From: Paraspadella gotoi
Lineage: Eukaryota > Animalia > Chaetognatha
Assembly (NCBI GenBank): GCA_051294375.1
Contig: CM119263.1
Span: 5,144,740 to 5,208,739 of the forward strand
Reading direction: 5' to 3'
DNA length: 64,000 bases
Below the pieces are notes generated by a model. The model searched no databases. It was not told the DNA's origin and was given only the letters and a program-made list of their open reading frames with translations. Shown here in pieces: positions 29,148-39,498 of the stretch. The position numbers and the translations under genes are program-made. Position 1 is the stretch's first letter. The number at the start of each line of letters is the position of its first letter.

Positions 29148-31118
29148 ATAATTGTTAATAAGATGAACATTATAAATGTATACCTACAAGAAAGAAAGAG
29201 AGAGAGAGATAATAAAAAGTCACAAACAAAAAGAGAGAGATGAAGAAAGAAAGAGAAGAGAGAGAGAGAGAGATTGATTGATTAATTTTTAATTGATTGA
29301 TTGATTGATTGGTAATGCTGAAAGCTTTAAATTAGTACAAGGATTTTTTCCTAATTGGATTACGAGACTATTCATTCTTTGGCTTTGATTTTCCATCTTT
29401 TTTATTATATTAATTATGTTCATTACTTGTATTTCTGCCAAAGATTCTTTCTATCATTCAATCTCTTTCTTCTCTCCTTTTCTTTTAATTAATTTCAACC
29501 TTTACACAGTGACATCCAAATGTGTGACCTTTTGAGTCTTTTTCTTGTTTTTTCTTTTTTTTAAAGCTTTACTAATAATTAACTTTTTGGGATTGATGGA
29601 TTGATGGATAACACTTGATGAATTATTTTTTTTATATTCATAAGTTTAAATTCATCTATTTGTTACCCTAAAAGTTTTCAAATAAATTTTTATTCCATTA
29701 AAGATCATGCGTTAGATTACTTAGAAGTTTTCTAAATGCTCCATTATAAAAAGCTAAAAATGCAATAATCTCATTTGCATATTGCAGTAAAAGAAATAAT
29801 CTTTTAAAAAATATACATAATATATAATTTTTTTTTTCAGGTTTAAAACGCTTATAACATATTGTGGTTATTATGATTCAAAAAGGTTATTAAGAAAGAA
29901 TTATTTTTTTTACAAAAAAATGAATTTGAAAAAAAAAGTACCTTGTCAAAGTGAAAAAAAGATAAATGTGAAAACAGAATCGCAGCCAGAAATTCAGAAA
30001 TCGACAAAAATCGATCGGAAATGACTTTTTACGCAATGGCAAAGTTTAGTTCCAATAATATTTATGGGTAATAGATTTTTAAATTATTCAATGTATTTTA
30101 CTGTATCTCGATAGCCTGTAACAATTTTGCATAGATTTTTTAGGATAACTTCTGTAAAGACTCAGGGAATAAAAAAAAATATTCAGATGGGCTGAAATCA
30201 ATAATATTTTTTTTCGCCTGCCGGTGGAACTCTCTTTCAGCTTTTAGCTTGCATTGCGTCATAAGTCGTGTCTGTTCGTTCACATTATATTTATGGGATT
30301 AGTTTACAATTGCATTAGAGCCAATCATTGATTTGCAGATCTCATCAGATCTCATCTCTTCATGTTAGTTAATTTTTTCACAGAATTAAAAAAAATATTT
30401 TGCAACAAACGAATGACTTTTTAAAACTTTTTTTCTCCGCTTTTCGCAAATGACGCTTTTATTTTGCTCAGAGAAAAACCAGGGGTCAGGCGACGCTTAC
30501 ACAATGAAAACAAAAGGCTTTTTAAGTTCACTTTTCAATGAATTAATACCATTTTATTTCTCTACTCAGTAAAAATAATATTTTCGGAGTGAATCTTATA
30601 CCTATTACTGTTGATGTTTACTCTTTCCTTAGCCTGGTTTGGGTTTTTTTTTTGTCGAATCAAAGTGCTATTTGGATATGAAAAACCTAATTGAATTACT
30701 GTTATTTCTTTTTAATGCAATGAAATGAGATTTAACAAGCTGACAGTAAAACCATTAGCTCCACTAAGCAGTTTTATATCTCTGCGGCGAAAGACTTTTG
30801 TCCGATAAAAGAAGAACAGAGGAAATGAATTAAGTGATAAATTCTTTATTCACATGATAATAATGGGAGAGCATCCCAACTGTTTGGAAAATTAAGGCTT
30901 GAAACTAACAGCAATGACATGAGAATTCGAACGAGGAAACGGTTCTGATCATTTTTATAATCAAAGACAAAGACCACAAATATTAAAACACTACTTTTTT
31001 AATTTTACTTAAATTTATACGTCATTCACAAGTTACTTCAAAACATAAAAAAAAATCGAAAATATATTTTTTTACCCAATTTCATTAACAAGACAAAAAA
31101 TAAATCATCAATAAACAT

Positions 31119-31337
31119 TTAGTCCAAAGAAGACTTGCGTTGCTCCATTTGAATCTCTCTTAATCGTTTCTTGAACTCTAGCGTTTTCTGAGGATCAACT
31201 TTGGGAAACAAAGTCTGTTTGATATTGATGACGTCTTTTTCGAAAAACAGTTCCGGTCGGTTGAAGCAATAAAACGCTCCGACGGGAAAGGCCATGTAGC
31301 AGGCCATCTTGAAGACTTCCAATCTCCAATTGCCCAT
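31119..31337 (-). CDS. PET100: PET100 cytochrome c oxidase assembly factor (intronless, 72 aa)
   Basis: MGNWRLEVFKMACYMAFPVGAFYCFNRPELF matches the Pet100 family motif. Confidence 0.85.
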   Translation of the reverse strand: MGNWRLEVFKMACYMAFPVGAFYCFNRPELFFEKDVINIKQTLFPKVDPQKTLEFKKRLREIQMEQRKSSLD

Positions 31338-31563
31338 GACGAAAATGGGAACAGTAGCAGTTAAATTACGGGCTGATCGTCAGAGAATCATTTGATGTAA
31401 TTGAACGCCATTGCTGCGAGGGAATAAGAACAATAAATACAATAAGTACTTAATGAAATAATACAGCACAGTCTAAATCAAGTGAATGCGAAAACACGCT
31501 AACGCAGATTATTACACTCTAAACATCATAAGATCATTTTTTGTCACAGCATGATAGTGGGAT

Positions 31564-33498
31564 TCAACTGTTGGAATTGTCATCGTTCAAATCCGGCGGG
31601 CCAAGAATGCTCTTGGTCGGGCCGAACGCTTGACTCAAAGCATCTTTGGTCGATGCGGAGAAGTCGAGGAGATCGTCCCAATTGATCGGCGACGCCGGGG
31701 AGGTGGAGATGGGGCCGTCGGGAACGAACAGATTGAGGAGTTCCGAAGGATCCATTTGAATCCCCGGCGTCTGGGAGACCAAAGCGTCTTTGATATGGTC
31801 GAGTCCTTGGTCTACGGTCTCGATTTGCTTGCTGAGCGAGAGCGCCAACTCCTGCGGTCGGGAAGTGGACGCCTGCGGCGGCGACGACGACGCTAACAGC
31901 AGAGCGGCGTCGTCGATTTCATCATTGACGGCGAATGGAGGCTTTAAGGTTGATTCTGAGGTGTCCATCTGAAGCAAATCGGAGGCAGACGAATGGGGAA
32001 AAGAAAGATCTAGAGCCGATGGGATGTCGGGAAAAGCAGACGGAGGGAGTGAATCAGAAATTGTTGCAGATGACGCCCCTGACGTCGACGCCTTCACGAA
32101 TTCCGGCGACAAGATCGAGTTAACGTCAAAATACGATGGTGGCGCCGTTGATGGTTGCGACGACGACGAGGCGCCAGTCGAAGATTTCTCACTTTTCTTT
32201 CCTTTAGTTCGACTACCTTTGTTCTTTGCGTTGAGAAGGCTCCGACTGTGATTGCTCGTGATGCCGGGTGAAACAGTTTGGGTAAGGTAATTTTGGTAAG
32301 TCGTCGTCGTATTTGTCGCGGAAGAGAGCGCGGATGTCTGAGGTGAAACAACGCTCGGAATATAAGCCGCTTCGTCTCCCAGAATCAGAAAAGGTTCTTT
32401 GGAATCTTTTTCGTCGAAGTTAAAAATAGAGGATCCGACGGAATCCACGGACTCAGCCGAAGTGGACGGAGAGATGACGAGCATGGCGGATCCGTCCGAA
32501 TTGACGGCAGTCGTCATGACGGGCAGATCGACGACGCTGACGATGGTACTAGGATCGAGCTGGGTTCCGATGTCGTCGGAGGTGATGATGGCGGTCACGG
32601 TATCTATTTTCGGTCCCGGCGTCGATACGCGGGCGGCGTCAGTCAGAGGAGAGGACTCGCGCTGAGGGAGTTCGCTGATGATGGGGCCCGAGAATCTAGC
32701 CGCGCCGGAAGAATGCGGGGTCTCGGCGGGATTCGCCGTTTCGTTTTCCATCAGTGCTGGATATTTGCGTTTGCCGAGTTGCATTGTGGGTCGGGACGAA
32801 CGAGGACCCGTGCTGCGGTTGGGCACCACCGTGTGCATGATGAATTGCAAGAGTTTGTAAGTTACTTGTTGTTGTTTGAGATGCTTTTGTCTTTGGTTGG
32901 CCAGTTCTTGCCACAAGGCGGTGTTCTCCCGTTTTAATTGCTGAAATTGCTCGTTGACCATATCTTGCGTCGCCTGAAGAACTTTTAGGTTTGTCTCAAG
33001 CGAAGTGATTTTCTCCTCAATTTCGACGCGATCAAGCAGCGCCTCTTGCCGCACGGCCGTCGACTGTATTCCTGCTGCTGCAGACGATGGAGTTTTGCGC
33101 TTGATGCGCGACAGCTGCTCTGGTCGATCCCTGATGAAAAACATGTGCTGAAACTCCATATCATCGGCTTCGCCCTTCATGCAGCCTTGTTCGATGCTGA
33201 GGACTTTGCGAAAGCCGTACATGTTCAGTTGTCGGATAAAAGACGAAATGTTGTTGTGTTTATAAAACAAAGGTAGCTGCTCTTTGGCAAATTTTTGTGG
33301 ATCCACGATAAAAAAGCTTTTGCCGTTGGGGCTCCAGTGGACGATCGGGTCGGTCGTCTTATCCTCCACCAAAGCCCACAACTTGGCGATGAAGGCCGAT
33401 ACATTTGGGCCGACGGAGTAAGCGACCGCTGCGGCGTCAGAGGACGAGGGTTGAACGGAACTCGACTCGTCGCCGACTAGAATATCTCGCCCTGGCAT
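31564..33498 (-). CDS. HSF1: Heat shock transcription factor (intronless, 644 aa)
   Basis: HSF DNA-binding domain (AFIAKLW..HWS..FYKHNNISSFIRQLNMYGFRK), HR-A/B (QLKRENTALWQELANQRQKH), HR-C-like segment and an acidic-aromatic C-terminus. Confidence 0.93.
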   Translation of the reverse strand: MPGRDILVGDESSSVQPSSSDAAAVAYSVGPNVSAFIAKLWALVEDKTTDPIVHWSPNGKSFFIVDPQKFAKEQLPLFYKHNNISSFIRQLNMYGFRKVLSIEQGCMKGEADDMEFQHMFFIRDRPEQLSRIKRKTPSSAAAGIQSTAVRQEALLDRVEIEEKITSLETNLKVLQATQDMVNEQFQQLKRENTALWQELANQRQKHLKQQQVTYKLLQFIMHTVVPNRSTGPRSSRPTMQLGKRKYPALMENETANPAETPHSSGAARFSGPIISELPQRESSPLTDAARVSTPGPKIDTVTAIITSDDIGTQLDPSTIVSVVDLPVMTTAVNSDGSAMLVISPSTSAESVDSVGSSIFNFDEKDSKEPFLILGDEAAYIPSVVSPQTSALSSATNTTTTYQNYLTQTVSPGITSNHSRSLLNAKNKGSRTKGKKSEKSSTGASSSSQPSTAPPSYFDVNSILSPEFVKASTSGASSATISDSLPPSAFPDIPSALDLSFPHSSASDLLQMDTSESTLKPPFAVNDEIDDAALLLASSSPPQASTSRPQELALSLSKQIETVDQGLDHIKDALVSQTPGIQMDPSELLNLFVPDGPISTSPASPINWDDLLDFSASTKDALSQAFGPTKSILGPPDLNDDNSNS

Positions 33499-33825
33499 CT
33501 GATAGGGAAAATCACTCAGACTTTTTAAAAGAAATCTTTTTTGGACAGACTAGTATACAAAGGATCGTAGCAAACAAAAAAGTAACTGATCAAAAAGCTT
33601 TAAAATTCGGAAATTTCCTGCTGGGAGTTTTTTAAAAAAGTTTTGTTCTGTGAAGTGGATGTTTTTCAAATATAAATAATGATAATTAGAAAAAAAATAA
33701 AAACCTTTATTCAACTTTGTTTACAGGCGAACTAGACAGGCATGTTATTAGTTTAATGTGTTTATAAACTCTAAAGACTCGGATTGCCTTCCAACAACGA
33801 TGTAAACGCACACACTCAAAATGTT

Positions 33826-34275
33826 TTAACTAAAGTTAATCGCCTTCCCAGCGTACGCGGCAAGATGCGCCTCTCGTAGCGCCTCCGAGACTGTCGGGTG
33901 GGCGTGGCAGACCCGCGCAACGTCCTCGCAGCTGGCGCCATACTCCATGGCGAGCACGGCCTCGTTTATGAGCTCTCCCGCGACGCTGCCGATGAAGTGG
34001 ACGCCGAGAATTTTGTCCGTTGACTTGTCGCTCAAGACTTTGACGAATCCGTCCGAGTCGTCGTTGCATTTGGCACGACTGTTTGCCGTCAGCGGAAACT
34101 TGCCGATCTTGTAGGCGACTTTCGCCTCCTTCAGCATTTCCTCGGTCTTGCCGACCCAAGCGACCTCGGGATGCGTGTAGATGACGGACGGGACGCAGTT
34201 GTAGTCGATGTGGACGGCGCCGCCCGTCATGCCCTCCACGCAAATAATACCCTCGTCCTCGGCCTTGTGTGCCAA

Positions 34276-34306
<31 letters not shown>

Positions 34307-35361
34307 AAGATGTTGGGCACGGACGTTTGGAACCGCGAGTTGACCGGGATCCGCCCCTGGGGATCAGTCTTGATGCCCACGTTCTCCAGACCCAATTTAT
34401 CCGTGTAGGGACGCCGACCGACGCAAACGAGGAGGACGTCGCAATCAATCGTCTCTTTTTTGTCGGGATTTTTGACCGACTCGACGCCGACTTTAATAGT
34501 TTTGCCCGACCGTTCGGCCGACATGACTTTCGTGGCCATTTTAAACTTAAGCCCCTGCTTCGTGAGAATGCGTTGAATGGTCTTGGACACTTCGGCGTCG
34601 ATCCCCACGCCGCCGACGGCCGGGAGAAACTCGATCATTGTGACGTTGGACCCTAGACGCGACCAAACTGAGCCCAACTCCATGCCGATCACCCCGGCGC
34701 CGATGACGATCATTTCCTTGGGAACGGCCTTCAACGACAAGGCGCCGGTGGAGGAGACGACCGTCTCTTCGTCGATGTCGATCCCAGCGAAGGGAGTGAC
34801 TTCGCTCCCCGTCGCGATCATTATGTTCTTTGTCGGAATCTCGTCCGCGCTGCCGTCGGGCTTGACGGCCTTGACGAGGTTGCCCGAAGCGATGGTCCCG
34901 TGACCGTCGACTCGCGTCACCTTATTGCTCTTGAAGAGATGAGCGATGCCGCCGGTGAGCGCCGTCACCGCCTTCTCCTTTTGACCCATCATCACTGGGA
35001 GATTGAGTCTTGGGTTGTCAAAATCGATCCCGCGATTTTTCAAGTCGTTGTGCATCGCTTGATGGAAGAGGTGGCTGTTGTTAAGCAACGATTTCGACGG
35101 GATGCAGCCCACGTTGAGGCACGTGCCGCCGAGGGTGGGGTTCTTCTCCACGCAGGCCGTCTTCATGCCCAGCTGCGCGGCTTTAATGGCGGCGACGTAG
35201 CCCCCGGGGCCGGAGCCGATCACGACCAGATCGTGTTCCTCTAGGGTGGATCCGTTCCGGGCCTGAAGGCGCGTCGCGAAACATGACGAGGGGCCCAGGA
35301 GATCCGTGGGAATGGAAGCCAATGGGGAGGATGTTCGTACGAGTTTTGCCAACGACTGCAT
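33826..35361 (-). CDS. DLD: Mitochondrial dihydrolipoyl dehydrogenase E3 (intronless, ~511 aa from MQSLAK)
   Basis: [30 protein letters not shown] redox disulfide, HAHPTVSE, and a basic N-terminal transit peptide. Start placed at the first ATG after the acceptor-like site. Confidence 0.97.
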
Positions 35362-35596
35362 CTTTAACTGGGCGAGAGAAAAAGGGACAAATGCCAAATC
35401 TCTTCGTAATGAATTGGGTTGAACTAAATAAGAAGAACAACAACCATCTCACCTTTTTTAAGAAATGACTACAAATTACGCGAGCACCTGAGGGTACAAA
35501 GCGAATACAAGACAAAATAAAACGATAATTATATTAACAAACAAAAATAACGATCAAAAACAGAAATTGTCAATAAAGTTTTAAAAAAACTCGAGT

Positions 35597-36481
35597 TCAA
35601 TTGTTCAACGAAGCGACGACCGATGACGACGACGCCGAAGCAAGATCTTTCGCGACGTAATAAAAGTAAGCGGTGTGGGCGGCGATGACTCCGAAATTGA
35701 GCATCATGGAGAATCCGTGCAATACGCCGAACCGACGCCGAACTAAATTGTACTTTTCCAGCTGATGCTTTTCGAGGCCGGACATGTCGAACTTCATGAC
35801 CCCGACCTCGTGACCATGGTTGACCCTTTTCTCAAATGCCTGGCAGGTCCACATGGCTTTCGTCGAGGCAGGACCGAAGTAAAGAGTGTTGAGAAGATTA
35901 CCGACGAGTCCGACTGAGAGGAGCAGGCCTGATTCGGAGAGAAAGTGGTGGGCGGTATGACAAGGAATAAGAGAAGGAAAAGAAAAGGAAAAGATGACAA
36001 AAGAAAAAGTGAAAATAAGAGTCGATATGAGTCCTTTTATACCTTTTACTTTCGTGTCTCCCTCCCAGGTCGATGGAGAAAACATCAAAGCGAAAGACCC
36101 CAGCGCCGTGAGCGACGTGAGAGACGAAATGAGAAAGTATCGAGGAAAGAGTTGAGATTGGAGGCGACCGAAGACGTGGCGGGGCAGATGAAAGAACATT
36201 GTAGTTCCGGCCACGGATGAAACCCACAGGTGCATTCCGTACTAAAGAAAATAAATTTGCCTATTACTAAGGAGTAAGGATGTTCATTAATTTGATCAAT
36301 CTGTGAGACATACTTGAAAGGAAAGTGCTGACAAGTTAACCATTTGACTGAGAGTCGAATTGGGAGATGATGGTAATGCAAAGTAAATTAGAGGAGAGGC
36401 GACGCCAAGAGCGGTCACCGCCTCGAGTTCGGTGGAAAGTGAGGCAAAAAACGAGGACATCTTCGAAAAAAGTCCGGCCAT
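35597..36481 (-). CDS. TMEM205: TMEM205-like membrane protein, paralog A (exons 36481-36314, 36241-36043, 35928-35597)
   Basis: GMHLWVSSVAG..LPRHVFGRLQSQLFPRYF and FGVLHGFSMMLN; GT-AG introns with consistent phase. Confidence 0.85.
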
Positions 36482-36965
36482 AGTTAATTGTTTATTTCAG
36501 CATGCCCAGAAATTGTTCAACTGCGAAAAGCATCAAGTAACCAAAATTTATATGTGTATCGGATTGGCAAGACACCAATTGGTTGAAAGACCACAGGTAT
36601 AACTATAAGTAATAAATTTATTAAAGTTAAAACAAACGAGCATCGAAAAGTACCCCTCGCAGGATTCGAATCCAAACTACGATTCGGACCAGTGACCACA
36701 TACTAAAACATTTGGGTAATATCATGTTAATATCAATATAACGTCAATCAAAATAGGAGGCCCTCCACAAATAGCGCAAAAAACGCCTACCTATGTTTCT
36801 TAACATACATACCGTACATATGCTTAGGCAAAGCAACCGTGTGCAAATATCTTTAAGAAGAGAGTTCATGTCAACAAACACAAAGACATGTCTTGTTACC
36901 TACGGTACAAACTACAAAGTATTGCAATTGTTTTTTGTGTCCATTTTTTTCTTTTTTTTTATATT

Positions 36966-38700
36966 TTAACTTATTTCTTGAATTGTCATATCTTTCGCTA
37001 AATAATAAAAATAGACAGTATGAACGACGGCGACGCTAACATTGAGCAGCATCGAGAATCCATGGAGCTTCGCAAATCTGCGCCGCAACGATTGGTATTT
37101 TTGAAATTCCTTTTGGTCCAAACCGGACATGTCGTATTTCATGACCCCGACTTCGTGGCCGTGATTAACTTTCTTTTCTAATGACTGATACATCGATATA
37201 ACGCGAATAGAAGCTGGCGCGAAGTAGAGAGCATTTAAAACGTTTCCCACCAAACCCAAAGTGAGGAGAGTTCCTGAAATGAGAATCATTCCCTCTAGTA
37301 CAATTAGATTGTCATTTGAATTATAGCATTTTTTTTGTTAAACCTTTGATCTTGGTTTCAGCCTCCCAAATCGAAGGTGGGAACATGAGAGAGTAAGAAC
37401 CGAGAGCGACCATCGACGTCACTGACGAGATGAGAAAATATTGAGGGAAGAGTTGAGATTGCAGTTTCCCGAACATGTGCATTGGTAGGACTCGTCGCAT
37501 AGTCGAGCCAGCGATTCCAACCCACAACTGCATTCCAAACTACAAATACAATGTTAAATTAATAGCTTTACATACATTGGAATTAGATGAGCTTAAAAAA
37601 AAACAAGTTTGAGCAAACTATGTCGGATCTGCCTACGATAATTAAGCGGTAATCAGCTAATCAGATGATAAATCACAATATTTTTAAAAAAATTTTTCCA
37701 CTCACATCATTTTTTGAACGCACATCATTTTTTCAATTTGCATCATTTTTACAATTCGTGTCATTTTTTCAACTTGCATCTTTTTTTAACTTGAATCATT
37801 TTTTAAACTTGCATAATTTTTTTAAATTGCATCATTTTCTAACATTAATTAATTAAAACATTTATTAGTAATCATAAATAATAAAGATTCAAGTGAATGT
37901 GACTTATGTTTTTTCCATTTAAACTCATTTCCACTGGAACGATTCCGTCAAAACTTTATATCTAGCTTCTTCACACTTTCCTACCCGCTCACAAAATTTC
38001 ATCTCAATCTATTAATTCAATTATGATTAATTCGAGTAATTATGGTTTAAAATAATTAAAAAAATTCAAGTAAATGTGATTCATTTTTTTCATTTTAACT
38101 CATTTCCACTTGAACGTTTCCACCGAAACTTTATATCAAGCTTCGACACACACTTTCCTACCCACACACAAAATTTCAACTCAATCTATCCATCCAATTA
38201 TGATTAATTAGAGTAATTATTGGTTAAAATAGGTAAAAAGATTTTAATAAATGCGACTTATGTTTTTTCCATTTAAACTCATTTCCACTCGCACGATTCC
38301 ATCGAAACTTTATATCCAGCTTCATCACACACTTTCCTACCCACACACAAAATCTCATTACAATCCAACCACCCAATCACGAGTTATTGGAGCTTTTTGC
38401 TAAGGTGGGACGGACGGACATAATTTATCATAATTCGATGTTCTGACATGATGTAAGTGATTGCCCGACAATATTGAGGGGGCGGACCGACGGATCGACA
38501 AAGTGAATTATAGAGTCGGGATCTGCTGAAAGCAGATCCGACTAAAAATAAACCACCTGAGAAGAGAGAGACGCCAAATGAACGAATCTGGTAAGGGATG
38601 AGGTTGATGAGGCCGGTAAACCGAGGCATAACATTGGAATGCAAAGGCCGAGACAAGTCAGCGTTTTCAGTTCCGTAGAAATTGACGCCCAAAAGGTCAT
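36966..38700 (-). CDS. TMEM205: TMEM205-like membrane protein, paralog B (exons 38700-38557, 37539-37344, 37273-36966)
   Basis: MTFWASISTELK.. aligns with paralog A exon 1; FGMQLWVGIAG..LPMHMFGKLQSQLFPQYF; RRFAKLHGFSMLLN; same intron positions as paralog A. Confidence 0.85.
37603..38544 (-). mobile_element. Non-autonomous Helentron/DINE-1-like element (copy 2) in intron 1 of TMEM205 paralog B
   Basis: Same termini as 28437-29147 (AAGTTTGAGCAAAC..GTCGGATCTGCCTACGATAATTAAG; AGAGTCGGGATCTGCTGAAAGCAGATCCGAC), GGACGGACGGAC, ~19-bp repeats at 37700-37840 and three ~177-bp repeats at ~37885-38380; sits in A/T runs. Confidence 0.72.
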
Positions 38701-39498
38701 TTTTCCCACCAATGTTCCTCAAATATTTTCGGATTATTTTCACAGACTAATCTTCAACTTTTCAACGGCATAATTATACATAGGAAACGGGATAAAAATG
38801 AAACTCAGCGAAACGAGATTGGTTTTTTTTAAATCAATTTCGTCTTTTTCCATAAAAGACCAAACTAAAAAAAAGCATGAAGTTGCGGCGGTGCAGCAGC
38901 TCTTGGAGACGGACGGATAGTAATTAAATTCCTGAATCATAACCTTTATCATGCAATAAATAATTTGCTAATAAATAAATATAGACTAAGGTTGGCGCAG
39001 CTTTGCCATCGCCGCGACCGATAAATAAAAATAAATTAAAATTAGCCGGGAAAAAAGTTGTTTCCCGCCCCCTCTCTTCTCCTCTTTTACCTCTCTCTTT
39101 CAGCGCTTTCATCGTTTTGCCCTCGCTTTGGGAAAGAAAAGGTTCCCTTCCTGACTTATTTTAGCTTCGTTTACATAAAAATATTAATTCTTGTTTGCCC
39201 ACGCTCGAAAAATAATCCTGTCCTATGTAAAATTTTAAAGATCATGTGGACATTCCATCGACTGTACCTTTCATTGTATCTAAAAAAAAAAATCTTGGTG
39301 TCAGCTATTTATATATATTTGCGCCCCAATAAAAATACGTAAAACAAAATGAAACGATTTGAAACAAATGTATTTTTAAATAACTAAAGGACTAACTGCG
39401 ATGTCCCTACGTCTCCAACTCGAAATAAAAATATAAAAATCATACAAATAATACAAAAATACAAAAATCGTACTGTAAAACATACAGTAAAAAGTGGA

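Noticed and set aside
33826-35361. Bacterial origin or contamination for the intronless operon-like genes
   Set aside because: Mitochondrial transit peptides, eukaryote-specific neighbours (HSF, PET100, ATG9) and interleaved spliceosomal introns show they are native eukaryotic genes.
35362-35397. ORF-track N-terminal extensions (DLD 35397, ALT 48370, CYB5R 50032, COX15 62481)
   Set aside because: They use non-ATG or upstream starts that run through acceptor-like or intergenic sequence; the downstream ATGs fit the protein families better.
36620-36705. tRNA gene (GGATTCGAATCC T-loop-like motif on minus; similar at ~25765)
   Set aside because: No complete cloverleaf could be built; at most a SINE fragment.
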